DNA from: Octopus sinensis
Lineage: Eukaryota
Length of the DNA: 64,000 nt
Direction of reading: 5' to 3'
Assembly (NCBI RefSeq): GCF_006345805.1
Contig: NC_043005.1
Span: 84,568,001-84,632,000 of the forward strand
Shown: positions 1 through 12,455 of the stretch, in pieces
Numbering within the stretch: the first letter of the stretch is position 1
Layout: each line of letters opens with the position of its first letter
Notes under the pieces: model-generated
What the model saw: only the letters and a program-made list of their open reading frames with translations
Databases searched by the model: none
What the model was told of the DNA's origin: nothing
Made by a program: the position numbers and the translations under genes

Positions 1-330
1 CACAAGAAGCATTAAATAATCTAAAACAACCAAATTCACACAACGTAACCAAGATGAAGACGCATTAAAACAACATGACTCACATACCAATCACCACCAG
101 GTAAAACAGAACAAACACTAATAGAACGAGAAAGAAGGAAGTAAATCTCATGAGAAAAACAAACTGGTGCAGTCAACCAACAGAAGGAGTCTACTCTCTC
201 TCCAATCGCAACAAAAATAAGAACTCAATACTGTGCATACACTTCAGGAAGATGGTGGTGCAGCAGGTGGGGTAGTTGAAATGCACAAGAAACTGCAGAA
301 GAAAAAACATTATTATCATAATTATCATTA

Positions 331-545
331 AGGTGGCAAGATGGCAGAATCGTTAGCACACCTGGCAAAATGCTCAGCAGCGTTTCAGTTGTCTCCACAT
401 CCTGAGTTCAAACTCTGCTGAGGTTGACTATGACTTTCATCCTTTCAGGGGTGGTGAAATAAGTACCAGTTATGCACTGAGGTTGATGTAACTGACTAAT
501 TCCTTCTCCTGAAACTACTGGCCTTGGACTAAAATACAGAATCCT
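331..545 (+). mobile_element. tRNA-derived SINE (octopus OK-like), decayed
   Basis: Head GGCAAGATGGCAGAATCGTTAGCAC with B-box-like GAGTTCAAACTC and body GAGGTTGAC...CATCCTTTCAGGG...AAGTACCAGTT; many related copies in the window. Confidence 0.85.
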
Positions 546-617
546 TATTATCATCACCCAACGGAATTATTAGCATGCTGAACAAAATACCTTAAATGGT
601 ATTTTGTCTGTCTTAAA

Positions 618-936
618 CGGAGCTGGCCAACCTGAAGCCCACAAACCACATGTGGCCTGCAGGCTTTTATCTTGCAGCCCGCTTGATACTTTCTTGAAGT
701 ATTGTGTTTAATTTCAAAATAAAATTTTTTGTGTAAAACATTTGTTTCAAAATACATTTAAAATTTATAAGTTGCAATAAAGCGATAACCTACAATTTTA
801 TAATTTTAAACAAATGAAAAACATGAAAAACTCTTCATTCTGTAATTTGATTATTTGATTAAAGTATGCAAGCAGCCCTCAAAAACTCTCTGTGATTTAA
901 GTGACCTGCAATGTAATTTGAATTAGCCAGACCCAG
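618..936. mobile_element. hAT (Charlie-like) MITE, decayed
   Basis: Left end CGGAGCTGGCCAACCTG...CCACATGTGGCC, right end TTAGCCAGACCCAG; near-matching 8-bp flanks GTCTTAAA / TCTTTAAA. Confidence 0.6.
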
Positions 937-1068
937 TCTTTAAATTCTGAGTTCAAATTCTGTTGAGGTCATCTTTGCCTTTCATCCTTCCAAGGATGAT
1001 AAAATATGTATACCTTTCCCTGAACTTGCTGGCCTGGTGTCAAAATTTGAAACTATTATTATAATTCT

Positions 1069-1619
1069 TGAGAGAGCAGTGCATGCTATCAAAGTGACAC
1101 TGGGGTAAAATATACGGAGCTCAGTATACCCATCATGACTACCCGTCTGATAAGGGTACACCAGGCACATGCATCACAACCATATGTGTGCAACATGGTG
1201 ATCTCATATCAAGATAAACAGTGCATGACCTTACAAGTGGGGCCCAGTTTGAATTTTCGTCAGGTCGAGTAGCCCATCTGGCTCAAAAGGTCCTTGAATA
1301 AGGATTGTTTAAGGATGTTGAACGAAACACCCATGTTTCCAGAGGTGAATTATCCAAACCTCTAAGAATTCCTTTCAACACACAGCTATGATGCTCCCCT
1401 ACTACTTCTGCTCATGATAAGAGATGTACATATTGTCAGCCACTAAGGGACATGCTCAACTGGTTAAGGTCAAACAACTGACAAGCAAATCTGTGGTATT
1501 GAGCAGAATATTTGCTGTAGCCCATCTTTTATACCAAGACAAAACAATGTACATGGTAACACTTCCAATCAGTTAAGATCAGAAGCCATGAGAGCCACTG
1601 CCTGGTACTGCATCAGGGC

Positions 1620-1623
<4 letters not shown>
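1069..1623 (-). mobile_element. ~550-bp non-coding dispersed repeat embedded in (TAA)n, copy 1
   Basis: Colinear inverted match to 48977-49494; both copies bounded by AAT repeats; no ORF. Confidence 0.8.
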
Positions 1624-1662
<39 letters not shown>

Positions 1663-2112
1663 GTTTTACTTCTCAGAATGTTCAGTCTTGTTTGTTCTGG
1701 TAGATTCTGTGAGAGCAGACAGCAGCCTGCTGCCAGAGGTCTCACGGGGTCTCTTTCTGCATATTATAAGCTTTGATACTTGGTTGTTATTTATCGTAGA
1801 AGACATTCAACATCCAAGTACCATTCTCAAATCCTAGCTGTCCCTAACAGAGCAGTTTTGGGGGCTTGCTCTGCTCCCATTCCAATTCTGATTTCTCTGA
1901 CACATTTCTCAGATTTCGTTGTTAATGTTACGAGTGCCCCTACAACTTATTGGAATGACAGACACTCTCCTCATAGTCCACATTCTTGCAATTTCGTCTT
2001 TTAGTAGTCTGTACTTTTCAATCTTTATTAGTTCTTTGTAACTTATGCATGCTTCCCCAGGTATTGCAATATCTATGATCTTGCTTTCCTTTTTTCCTTT
2101 ATCTATCACAAC
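1663..2112 (-). mobile_element. Dong/R4-clade non-LTR retrotransposon 3' end (restriction-like endonuclease remnant + 3'UTR)
   Basis: Minus strand reads VVIDKGKKESKIIDIAIP...EKYRLLKDEIARMW...VIPI/VVGAL...KTALLGTARILRMVLGC* with frameshifts; ends directly in (AAT)n at 1622-1662. Confidence 0.85.
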
Positions 2113-2163
2113 ATTACTGCTCTCCGAGCCTCAATTAGGGAGTCACATTGGATTGCAAATAAA

Positions 2164-2202
<39 letters not shown>

Positions 2203-3779
2203 AAGACAATGTAAATTGAAATATAAACCTCAAATCAACCCAAGGATGATGGCAAGACAAATTTAAAATCTCATTTAAAAAAAAAAATCATATTTGTTGC
2301 TTTAATAATCGTAATTATTTTAATTAATACAGTGTTATTCATGTTGTTGTTGTTGTTGCTGCTGTTGTCATTGTTGTCAGCAGTAACCAGTGTAGTGGTA
2401 GTAATTGTAACAACAGCAGTTGTAGTAGAATTAGTAGTAGTAGTAGCCGTTTCACCCAAGGCCAATCCTGATTCCTGATCTAGGAGACTTGGGATCAAAG
2501 GCACTCCAAGCCATGCCCACCCTGCCCTATTCCCTACATGCCATGAATCCAGAGTGACATCAATCAAAGTATCCTTTTTGCTTTTGCAACACAGTGAGAG
2601 ATAATTTCAAGGACATTTGGCTGCTGCTATTTCTAACATTTCAAATGACAGCATGGAGATTTCCTTAGTGGCTTGTGATTGTATGATAAAAGGTGGGGGT
2701 GGTATCTATAGTGGTGGTGGTGGTGGTGGTGTTGGCAGTAAAAGAGGCAGAAAAGGGGTAGCGAGGGGTGTGGGTAAGAAGACAGATTGTTCCTTTAACT
2801 GGCACCCTTTATAACCCTTCTTTCCTTCTCATCCCCTCTACAGATGAACAGATGACCTCCACTCCCAACCCCACAGAAGGGAGCAAGGGAACAACACCCA
2901 GCCTACCAAATTCACTGAATTCCAAAGTCTTAAAGTCTGTTGGAGAAGGGGGAGGCAGCCAAAGAGGAGGGGGAAGAGGAACAACTTCCACTCCCCCACC
3001 TCCTCCCCAGTCTTTTTCCCCACCCTGCCGGGCCATTTCTAGTTCATCTATTCCCTTGTCTTTTTTTCTATCCTCACCCCGCCCCACATCACTTGCTTCC
3101 CTTCACATCCTGGAATTGTCTGATGTTACTTTGAAATTCTTCCAGTGAAAGCCTACGGGGGGGGGGTGTTTGTGGGGGTGTTGTGAGGCTGGAGTGTGAG
3201 GGAGGGGACAAAAGTGTGTGGGTGGAGGGAGTTGGGGCAAGAAGGCAGCGGGGGGGGGGGTAAGAGTTCAGTGATGTGTGTATGTGACTGAGCAAGTGTG
3301 AGTGACTAGTGAGAGTGTCTCAATGAGTGTAAGTATGATTGAACAAGTGTGAGTGCTACTTAGCAAGAGTGAGTGTGACTGAAGGAGTGTGAGTGTGTAT
3401 CAGTGAATGTGACTGAGTGTTTCTCAGTGAGTGTGACTTAGTGTGACAGTGACCAAGTGAGCATGAGTGAGACCAAATGAGTATGAGTGACTTTCCTTTT
3501 GAATGAAAATCCTAAAGAGCAGAGGTCCCATGTCAGGAAAGCCAGTGGTACAGGAAGGAGATTTGAATCTGCTTTGACCCTTGCAATGGTCAGACGACAA
3601 ACTATAAAGTAGGGTCCAAGGAAATGTTAAAAAATTTGGATGAAGAAGAATACCATTTTAACTATTTAGCATCAAGATCATTCTGCCAAATGATTATGTT
3701 TAATTATTCATAATGTTTTTAATTAATCATGCATCAAAATTTTGATGATGTGATTGGGTATTTTTAGGATGACATTGTA

Positions 3780-4150
3780 TGAGGGTGAGTGAAAAAGTAA
3801 TGCCATTTTGTTTAGGACAAGTATAATTACCAGCACATCATCATCACTGGGCTATCATCTCTTTGGCCCCATGAAAGAGGGTTTGAGTGGCAAACATTAT
3901 TCCAGTGACGAGGAAGTGAAAACTGTAGTGAAGAAGTGGCTCAAAGAACAGTCGACAGAATTTTATGGGGCAGGGATACATGCTCTTATTCGAAGGTGGA
4001 ACATTGCTATTGAAAGAAACGGTGACTATGTTGAGAAGTACGGATGTGATCCACAGAGGACCTGCTTCATTTTGATGTATGATACATGTTCCTGTGTTGG
4101 TAATTATACCTGTCCTAAACAAAATGGCATTACTTTTTGACTCACCCTCG
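3780..4150 (+). mobile_element. Mariner internal-deletion derivative (MITE)
   Basis: ~60-bp TIRs (TGAGGGTGAGTGAAAAAGTAATGCC... / ...GGCATTACTTTTTGACTCACCCTCG), TA on both sides, retains transposase C-terminus YHLFGPMKEGL...RRWNIAIERNGDYVEK. Confidence 0.92.
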
Positions 4151-4587
4151 TAAGATAAGGATCTTTTCCATCACAATCACAGATTTTTAAATAAAACACC
4201 TGCTTCAATAATGATAATATTATTTCCCTAAATTCTTCCTTGTTTTCGAAATTAATTGAAACAAAGATTGTGTATGTCAGCAGAAATATGTAACAAAAGG
4301 GTTAAGCAGATTTATGACCAAAAGGCATACCAACCAGGACCATCTCAACATTTAAAAAATTTAATTCCAGTAAATCCCAGACTACATCATCCAATAATGT
4401 CAGGGTGTGATTTGACCCTTTTCATACAAACCCTATTAGAAACTGCCTCATCATGTTTTAAGATGGTCTGAATCAAAATCGTCCACCAAAGTTTCATTTT
4501 AATTTGTGTTCCAACAAACACCATCTTATGACACTTATTTCACTAAATCCTTCGGATTTTCAAAAGTGTTTGAAACGAAGTCAGTGT

Positions 4588-4810
4588 ATCATCATCATCA
4601 TCATCATCATCGTTTAACATCTGCTTTCCATGCTGACATGGGTTGGACCGTTTGATTGAGGGCTGACAAGCCAGGAGGCCTCACCAAGTTCCAATCTGAT
4701 CTGGCAATGTTTCTACAGCTAAATCCTCTTCCTAAAGCCAACCACTCCAAGAGTGTAGTGGGTGCTTTTTATGTGCCACTGGCACAGGAGCCAGCCAGGT
4801 GGCACTGGAA
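4588..4810 (-). mobile_element. RTE-type 3' tail fragment
   Basis: Decayed reverse complement of the GTTGGCGTTAGGAAGGGCATCCAGCTGTAGAAAC...GTTAAACGATGATGAT tail seen at 10165, 14955 and 58640. Confidence 0.75.
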
Positions 4811-5675
4811 TCGGCCATGTTTGGATGGTGCCTTTTTTGCTTTCTTTTAATATAAAATCCTAATATATGTGTGTGTGTGTATGTTTGCTCTTTCATGTAG
4901 GCGAAGAGATGATAGTCCACATATATACATATACACATTTATCTATCTATCTATCTTTTTATTTATCTGTTTATTTATGTATCAAAACGGATGGTGCTTT
5001 TTTTTGCCTTCTTTTAATATGAAATTCTGATATATGTGTGTGTGTGTATGTTTGCTCAGAAGCAAGCATCCACATATATACATATACAAATATGGATATG
5101 CACGCACACACATTTATCTACCTATCTATCTTTTTATTTATCTATCTATTTATTTATGTATCAAAACGGTTGTGCGTGATATTTATGTTTGCCATGATTT
5201 TTGGTACCACCCATGTATTAAAAAACAGTATTGAGTCTAATTGAGTGACTTGGGAGACAAAATAGTGGAACTGCCGAATCAACAGTTCTTCCATCTGATC
5301 AATGAATTTATTATAGGAAGAATTAGCAGACTGGCAGATTGGGAGAACAATGGATTAGAAAACATCATTGTAATAATTCCAGAAATTCCAGGATGGATGT
5401 TGGGAATATATTAAAGGTAAAAGAGAAGACGAAATGTACCAACAAAAACAAAACATTTTTAATATTACCACAACAATTGTTTCATCTTCAAGATGCACTG
5501 CTCCCATGTAGGCATGGAATGATGTAATGCATAGAAGACTCCTCAGGTGGGATAATAAGATTGTATATGTATTGATGCAATATTGCAAATATTTATACAT
5601 AAACACACACACAAATTGAATAGCAGTTTGACTTCATAAAAGTTCCGCGGGTGCAGACCACAGCCATCTTATAAT

Positions 5676-5908
5676 TATTTCTTTACTACCCACAAGGGGC
5701 TAAACATAGAGAGGACAAACAAGGACAGACAGACGGATTAAGTTGATAATATCGACTCCAGTGTGTAACTGGTACTTATTTAATCGACCCTGAAAGGATG
5801 AAAGGCAAAGTTGACCTCGGCGGAATATGAACTCAGAACGTAATGGCAGACGAAATACGGCTACGCATTTCGCCCGGTGTGCTAACGTTTCTGCCAGCTC
5901 ACCGCCTG
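5676..5908 (-). mobile_element. OK-like SINE, Tx1-tailed subfamily, monomer
   Basis: Full head GCGGTGAGCTGGCAGAAACGTTAGCAC and tail TGTTTAGCCCCTTGTGGGTAGTAAAGAAATA. Confidence 0.9.
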
Positions 5909-6039
5909 GTTGGAGGAATTCATTGAAACAGATTTTCTATGGCTGGATGCTCTTCCTGTCACCACCACTTATTTGTTTCCAAGGAAAGTGATATTTTCCC
6001 CCGTAGTGGGACATGTTTTTATGGAAGACTGCAAAAGGA

Positions 6040-6432
6040 AGACATAAATTGTATAATGGCAATGTTTGTTTATGGCACTCCGTTGATTACGATGACGAGG
6101 GTTCCAGTTGATCTGATCAATGGAACAGCCTGCTCATGAAATTAATGTGTAAGTGGCTGAGCACTCCACAGACATGTGTACCCTTAAAGTAGTTCTTGGG
6201 GAGATTCAGCTGGCCCTTTGAAATACAGGTACAAGAGAAACAGATAGAAAGAGTGAGAGAAAGTTGTGGTGAAAGAGTACAACAGGGTTCGTCACCAACC
6301 CCTGCCAGAGCCTTGTGCAACTTTTAGATGTTTTTGCTCAATAAACACTCACAACGCCCAGTCTGGGAATTGAAACTGCGATCCCACGACTGCGAGTCTG
6401 CTGCTTTAACTACTGGGCCATTGCACCTCCAT
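6040..6432 (-). mobile_element. tRNA-derived SINE of a third family
   Basis: tRNA-like head at 6370-6430; conserved body GTTCCAGTTGATC.GATCAA.GGAACAGCCTGCTC also at ~12610, ~13140 and in part ~61520. Confidence 0.75.
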
Positions 6433-7057
6433 GCTTGGTTATAAATAATACAAAATGTCAAGACTAAGAGACATGCACCCTAAATCCATACACACACACT
6501 CACTCACACACACATTTGGATGAGTGTATGTATAAAACGATAGGTATCTTTTACTATGTAATCCACCAAATCCAGCTGGGTACACAGAAGACACTTGTCC
6601 AAGGTGATGCACAGTGAGATTGAACCTGGAACCATATGGTTGGGAGGCTTACTTCTTAAGCACAGAGACACCATGTTTTCACACACACACACACACACAC
6701 ACGCACATGCATGTATTCAGTCATATGACTATGGCCATGCTGGGGCACCACCGTGAAGAAATTTTAGTTGAATGAATCGATCCCAGTACTTGCTTATTTT
6801 TTTATCTCTTTTGCCAAACTGCTAAGTTAAGGAAATGTAAACACACTAGCATTTACTGTTAAGCTGTGGTGACGCACACACACACACATACATACAACAG
6901 GCTTCTTGCAGTTTCCATCTACCAAATCCACTCGTATGGTTTTGTTCATATAGTAGAAGACACTTGCCACTTCAGTGGGACTGAACCTGGAATCATGTGG
7001 TTGCGAAGCAAACTTCTTACCATACAGCCATGACTGCACCTATTCTTTTATGCTTAT

Positions 7058-7432
7058 ATTCCTTTACTTGTTTCAGCCATTTTGACTGCAGCCATGCTGG
7101 AGCACAACCTTCAGTCGAGTAAATCAACCCCAGGACTCATTCTTTGTAAGCCTAATACTTATTTTATCAGTCTCTTTTGCCAAACTGCTAAGTTATGGGG
7201 ACATAAACACACACACACAAATACATACATATATATATATATTATATATATATATATATATATACATATATATGACGGGCTTCTTTCAGTTTTCATCTGC
7301 CAAATCCACTCACAAAGCTTTGGTCAGCCTGAGGCTATAGAAGAAGACACTTGCCCAAGGTGCCACGCAGTGGGACTGAACCCGGAACCATGAGATTGGT
7401 AAGCAAGCTACTTACCACACAGCCACTCCTGC
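7058..7432 (-). mobile_element. OR-like (CORE-type) tRNA SINE, near full length
   Basis: Head GCAGGAGTGGCTGTGTGGTAAG...GGTTCAGTCCCACTGCGTGGCACCTTGGGCAAGTG, internal microsatellite, tail GTGCTCCAGCATGGC..CAGTCAAA. Confidence 0.88.
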
Positions 7433-7433
7433 A

Positions 7434-7477
<44 letters not shown>

Positions 7478-8111
7478 TTATATGAGCCTATATATATATA
7501 TATATATATATCTGTATATGTACCTCTGTGTGTGCAGTGCATATACACACATTTCCACCTACACATAAGCACATGTTAAAAGTATGTATATCCAATCCCT
7601 TCTTCCCGTTTATATGTATTTACTGGAATATACATATTACGATTTTAAATTTCCAATAAAAATGAAAATCTTACATGTTTTATGATATTAATAAACGTCC
7701 TGCACAACATGCTATATCAATACACGATATATATTGTTTGGAGAATTGGAATTTGGTATTAGAAAATCACTTTGGAATGTAACAGTTAATTGTCTTGGAG
7801 GTACTACATTAATGCACACACACACACACACAGACACACGTGCGTACGTATATATATATGCATATGTATGTACATGTCTTTGTGTGTGTTTATGTATGGA
7901 AATGATATGCATTTCAGTATTGCCTTCTTTTAATATCTAAAATTCCAATAAATGTGTGTGCGTGTGTGTGTTTGTTCAAAAAGCAAGCATCCACATATAT
8001 ACATATACAAATATGAACACGCATGCACACACATATATCTATCTATATCTGTCTATCTACCTATCTATCTGTCTGTCTGTCTGTCTGCCTATCTATCTAT
8101 CTATCTATATG

Positions 8112-8142
<31 letters not shown>

Positions 8143-8143
8143 G

Positions 8144-8174
<31 letters not shown>

Positions 8175-8802
8175 GTCTATCTATCTATCTATCTATCTGT
8201 CTATCTATCAATCTATCAATCTATCTATCTATCTATCTATCTATCTATGCACACGCAATATGTATATATATGTGTATGTGCAAACAATTCAGTTGAAACT
8301 GTATGTAAACATATTTACTTACACTTATCTGTGAACACACCCACACACAATTACATGATCTGAAATTATGTGCATGCATGGATGTGTGTGTGTGTGTGTG
8401 TGTGTGAAGTTTAAATAACTTTTTAAACAATTCCATAATTATTCTTGCATTGATATACTTCCAGAACTGTAAATACACATTGAAAGGATTGTAAATATAC
8501 ATACAGAAGCACAAATATATATATATGTTTGTATGTATCCATAAGCATATATATGTACATATTTTTTTTCTATAAAGGGTTTGTATAAATGTATATAAGG
8601 CATAGATACAAATATATACACACACATATATATACACATATATAAATATATACATATACACATATATAAATATATATATATATACACATATATAGATATA
8701 TATGTATACATATACATATATATATATACATATATACATACACATATACATAGATACTACACACACACATGCATGAATATACATGTATAATTGTATATAA
8801 GG

Positions 8803-8836
<34 letters not shown>

Positions 8837-9127
8837 ATATAGAGAGAGAGAGAGAGAGAGAGTACACACACATACACATATGCATACACAAGAGAGGCAT
8901 GGTTAAGCAGTTTGCTTCCCAACCATGTGGTCTTGGGTTCAGTCCCACAATGTGGCACCTTGACCAAGCATTTTCTACTATAACCCTAGATCAACCAAAG
9001 CCTTGTGATGTGATAGAAGCTGAAAGCAGACCATCATATATCTGTGTGTGTGTGTGTGTGTTTGTGTATTACTATATACAAACTTCTGAGTACCTCATTT
9101 CTTATATATATACATATATATATATAT

Positions 9128-9519
9128 ACTAGCAGTATCGCCCAGCGTTGCTCGGGTTTGTAAGGGAAATAACTATATAAGCATTTTTAGAGATGTAAAG
9201 TATAATAGCCATCTCAATATGACTAACCGCAAAGGGGGGTGTTACTGTAGCTTTTTACGTTCTGAGATTTAATAAATTTTTAGAGAGTTACTTCCTTTAT
9301 ATATGCCAAAAATGCATTAAAAATGGGAAAAATTGATGGTAAATTTTTTTTTAAATCGTAGACTCATCGTAGACACACGCTAATACCCAGAAAGGCTCGA
9401 TATGAATCCCGACTATAAGATACCCAGTTTTGGTTAAACTGCACCGCAAAATGTGGGAGTAGTTAGGAATCTAAATCGTAGGAGACAGACAGCACACAAC
9501 CTCACTTTTAAATATAAAG
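9128..9519. mobile_element. Non-autonomous Helitron-like element (Lep1/DINE-type architecture)
   Basis: Begins ACTAGCAGTATCGCCCAGCGTTGCTCGGG (CTAG plus short GC hairpin) and ends GACAGACAG...CACTTTTAAATATA; sits in a TA run; no TSD. Confidence 0.55.
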
Positions 9520-9706
9520 GTATATACAGGACCTGAAGATTAGCTAAGCTGGTTTTGCGTTTGTTATAACTTATGTAACTAGCATTGCTTTGCTATGAAA
9601 CATTTGTAGTTTGTGTTTTACCTCTTCCATTCCTTACTTTTTTGGATATATGTACATACATACATGTGTGTGTGTTGTTGTTTGTTGATAATATTGCAAC
9701 TAACAG

Positions 9707-9766
9707 AGGAAATTCAGGAGGATATTTATGTCCATGAGGTACACACCTTTGATTGCTTTTTTTCAG
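9707..9766 (+). CDS. Candidate internal exon of an unidentified host gene: (E)EIQEDIYVHEVHTFDCFFS(G)
   Basis: taacag|AG...TCAG|gtgaga; 60 nt, phase 1-1, open frame in unique sequence. Confidence 0.45.
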
Positions 9767-10164
9767 GTGAGACAGGTAGAATTCATTAAGGAATTAATAA
9801 AGAAATAGATGTGAATATCATATTGGCACCGGAATTGATGGAAGCTATAAAGTTATGATCATTCTTTCTGTCTTCCTCTCTTTCCGTTCACCTTTCTCTT
9901 CCACACACACACATCGCTGTGTGCACATGTATGTGTGTGTGTGTATCTATTTTATTCTTCCTTGTTTCAGTCATTCCACTGTAACCATGCTGGAGCACAG
10001 CATAGACAGGTTTAGTCAAAAACAAATCAACCCCAGCATTTACTCGTTTAAAGTCTATTCTATCAGTCTCTTTTGCTGAACCGCTTAGTTACAGGGACGT
10101 AAACAAAGCAACACCTATTGTCAAGCAGGGTGGGGGGGTACAAACACATGCACACACACACGAT

Positions 10165-10350
10165 ACTAGTGCTGGTGGCACGTAAAAAGCACCCACTACA
10201 CTTATGGAGTGGTTGGCATTAGGAAGGGCATCCAGCTGTAGAAACACTGCCAGATCAGACTGGAGCCTGGTGCAGCCTCCTGGCTTCCCAGACCCCGGTC
10301 AAACTGTCCAACCCATGCCAGCATGGAAAGCGGACGTTAAACAATGATGA

Positions 10351-10352
<2 letters not shown>
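10165..10352 (+). mobile_element. RTE-type 3' tail fragment
   Basis: GGCACGTAAAAAGCACCC...GGAAGGGCATCCAGCTGTAGAAAC...GGACGTTAAACAATGATGA. Confidence 0.8.
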
Positions 10353-10393
<41 letters not shown>

Positions 10394-11312
10394 TATTCTT
10401 ACAGTTTCTGTCTATCAAATTCACTTAGATTGGTCAGTCTCGGGCTATAGAAGACATTTGACCAAGGTGCTACACAGTGGGACTGAACCAGAGACCATGA
10501 GGCTGCAATGTGATCTTAAAGCATTCAGCCACGCCTGTACACACACACAAATCAGAGAAACACAGATATGTGTGTGTATGTGTGAGATTACGAATAAGAC
10601 ATACTCCCAATACTCCTGAAATTCATCTTTGTGGTTACTCCAGCAATTCTTTACACACACACACACACACACATGTAGGAGTGGCTGTGTGGTAAGAAAT
10701 TCGCTTCCTAACCACATGGTTCCAGGTTCAGTCCCAAAGCACAGCAACTTTCACAACTATCTACTGCTACAGCCTTGAATCAACCAAAGCTTTGCGAGTG
10801 GATTTGGTAGAAGGAAACTGAATGAAGCCCATTACATATACATTCATATTTACATGTGTATGCATGTGTCTTTGGATCAGTGTTTGTCACCTGTTGACAA
10901 CTGGTGTTGGTTTGTTAACATCTCTATAACTTTGCAGTTCAGTAAAAGAGACCGATAGAATAAGTGCTAGGCTTAAAAAAATAAAAATACTAGGGGTTGA
11001 TTTGTTTGACTTAGATTTTTCAAAGCGATGCCCCAGCCTGGTCACAGTGTGATAAAAAGATAAAAGTCATGCTTACAGATACATATATACATATATTCAA
11101 TATACACCTGTGCTTAAAAGGTATTATTTGGTATTATTGATCACATTATTGCAAACAACGAAACATTTATGTATGGTGGGACTCTATACATAACATATAG
11201 TTTATTGATCATATCGTTTTATCTGGGACTATATATCTGCACACACACACACACACATCTAAATGCATACATGCTTACAAACATGCATACACGTATGTTC
11301 ATTCATCAACAG

Positions 11313-11356
11313 GTGATCCAGTGCTATTAACATTGTGGGAGAATGGAAAAAGATGA
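11313..11356 (+). CDS. Candidate terminal coding exon: (G)DPVLLTLWENGKR*
   Basis: catcaacag|GT; phase matches 9707-9766; TGA at 11354-11356; AATAAA at 11510-11515. Confidence 0.42.
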
Positions 11357-11789
11357 TGGAATGTTGCCGTGACATATTTAGCTTCCCAGTACAGATCAAT
11401 ATTGTCTAGCTGATCGAAAGAGTTTGGAAACTCAAAGAGGTGCCATGAGCCTTCATTTGAATGGACAGAATTTTACTCCTTCACATCTTTGTTTTGTTTT
11501 CCTGTTTGCAATAAACAACAACACCCAAACAATTAGTATTGACGCAGTTCAATATTTAAGAGATGAGGAATTAGGTACATTATTTACATTATTTACATTT
11601 GACTGATATTTGTCCTCATCTTGTTTGTTGTTAACACACTGTTTCAGCTTATACACCCTCCAGCCATCATATGCCCATGGGCATAGTGATTAAGAGCACG
11701 GGCTACTAACCCCAAAATTCCAAGTTTGATTCCAGGCAGTGACCTGAATAATAATAATAATGATAATAATAATAATAATAATAATGATA

Positions 11790-12375
11790 ATCATCATCAT
11801 CATCGTTTAACGTCCGTTTTCCATGCTAGCATGGGTTGGAAGATTCGACTGGAGTCTGGGAAACCAGGAGGCTCCACCAGACTCCAGACTGATCTGGCAG
11901 TGTTTCTATAGCTGGATGCCCTTCCTAACGCCAACCACTCCATGTGTGTAGTGGGTGTTTTTTACGTATCACCAGCACAGGGGCCAGAGGAGGCTGGCAA
12001 CAGCCATGATAGGTTGGTGCTTTTTATGTGCCACTGGCACGGGAGCTAGTCGAGGTGACACTGGCACAAGGCCATGTTCGAATGTTGCTTTTAACGTGCC
12101 ACCGGCATGGGGATCACATCTGCAATTTCCATTCAATTTCCATTTTAATGTTGATGTACTTGACTCAATAGGTCTCCTCATGCACAACAGGTTGCCCTAT
12201 GATCCCAAGGTACTTTTGAATGGGCTGGGACAGGGGCTGGTTATACAAAACTGGTGTAGGATACAGCTGTGAACTCACTTTATTTGCTGGGTCTTCGCAG
12301 TCACAGCATATCTCCAGAGATCTCAGTCTTTCGTCATTGCCTCTGTGAGGCCCAATGTTCAAAGGTCAGCAAAAA
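11790..12375 (-). mobile_element. RTE LINE 3' end nested in the SINE linker
   Basis: Decayed ORF end L*TLGLTEAMTKD*DLWRYAVTAKTQQIK*, then 3'UTR and (GAT)n tail. Confidence 0.8.
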
Positions 12376-12410
12376 TGATGATGATGAACCCAGGTTCAAA
12401 ATTTCCCCAA

Positions 12411-12455
12411 GACACCTGATGAAGGCTGGAGGACCTATCAGCTGAAACGTTGTGT
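12411..12455 (+). ncRNA. Minimal type I hammerhead ribozyme (Penelope type)
   Basis: GACAC-CUGAUGA-A-GGCUG(loop)CAGCU-GAAAC-GUU/GUGUU: stem I GACAC:GUGUU, canonical core, palindromic AACGUU in place of stem III. Confidence 0.75.

Noticed and set aside
1560-1620. U2 snRNA-like words (ATCAGTTAAGATC, CCTGGTACTGCA) and a possible HDV-like ribozyme at the end of the TAA element
   Set aside because: Matches are short and discontinuous; the HDV fold lacks P1.1 GG and needs a bulged P1
7952-8967. Long ORFs of YLSI/CV/HT/YI repeats (also 28728, 40303, 43972 and many others)
   Set aside because: Translations of (ATCT)n, (TG)n and (TA)n microsatellites; no coding signal
11679-11746. tRNA genes (this and other SINE heads)
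   Set aside because: A/B-box-like motifs only; no complete cloverleaf could be built
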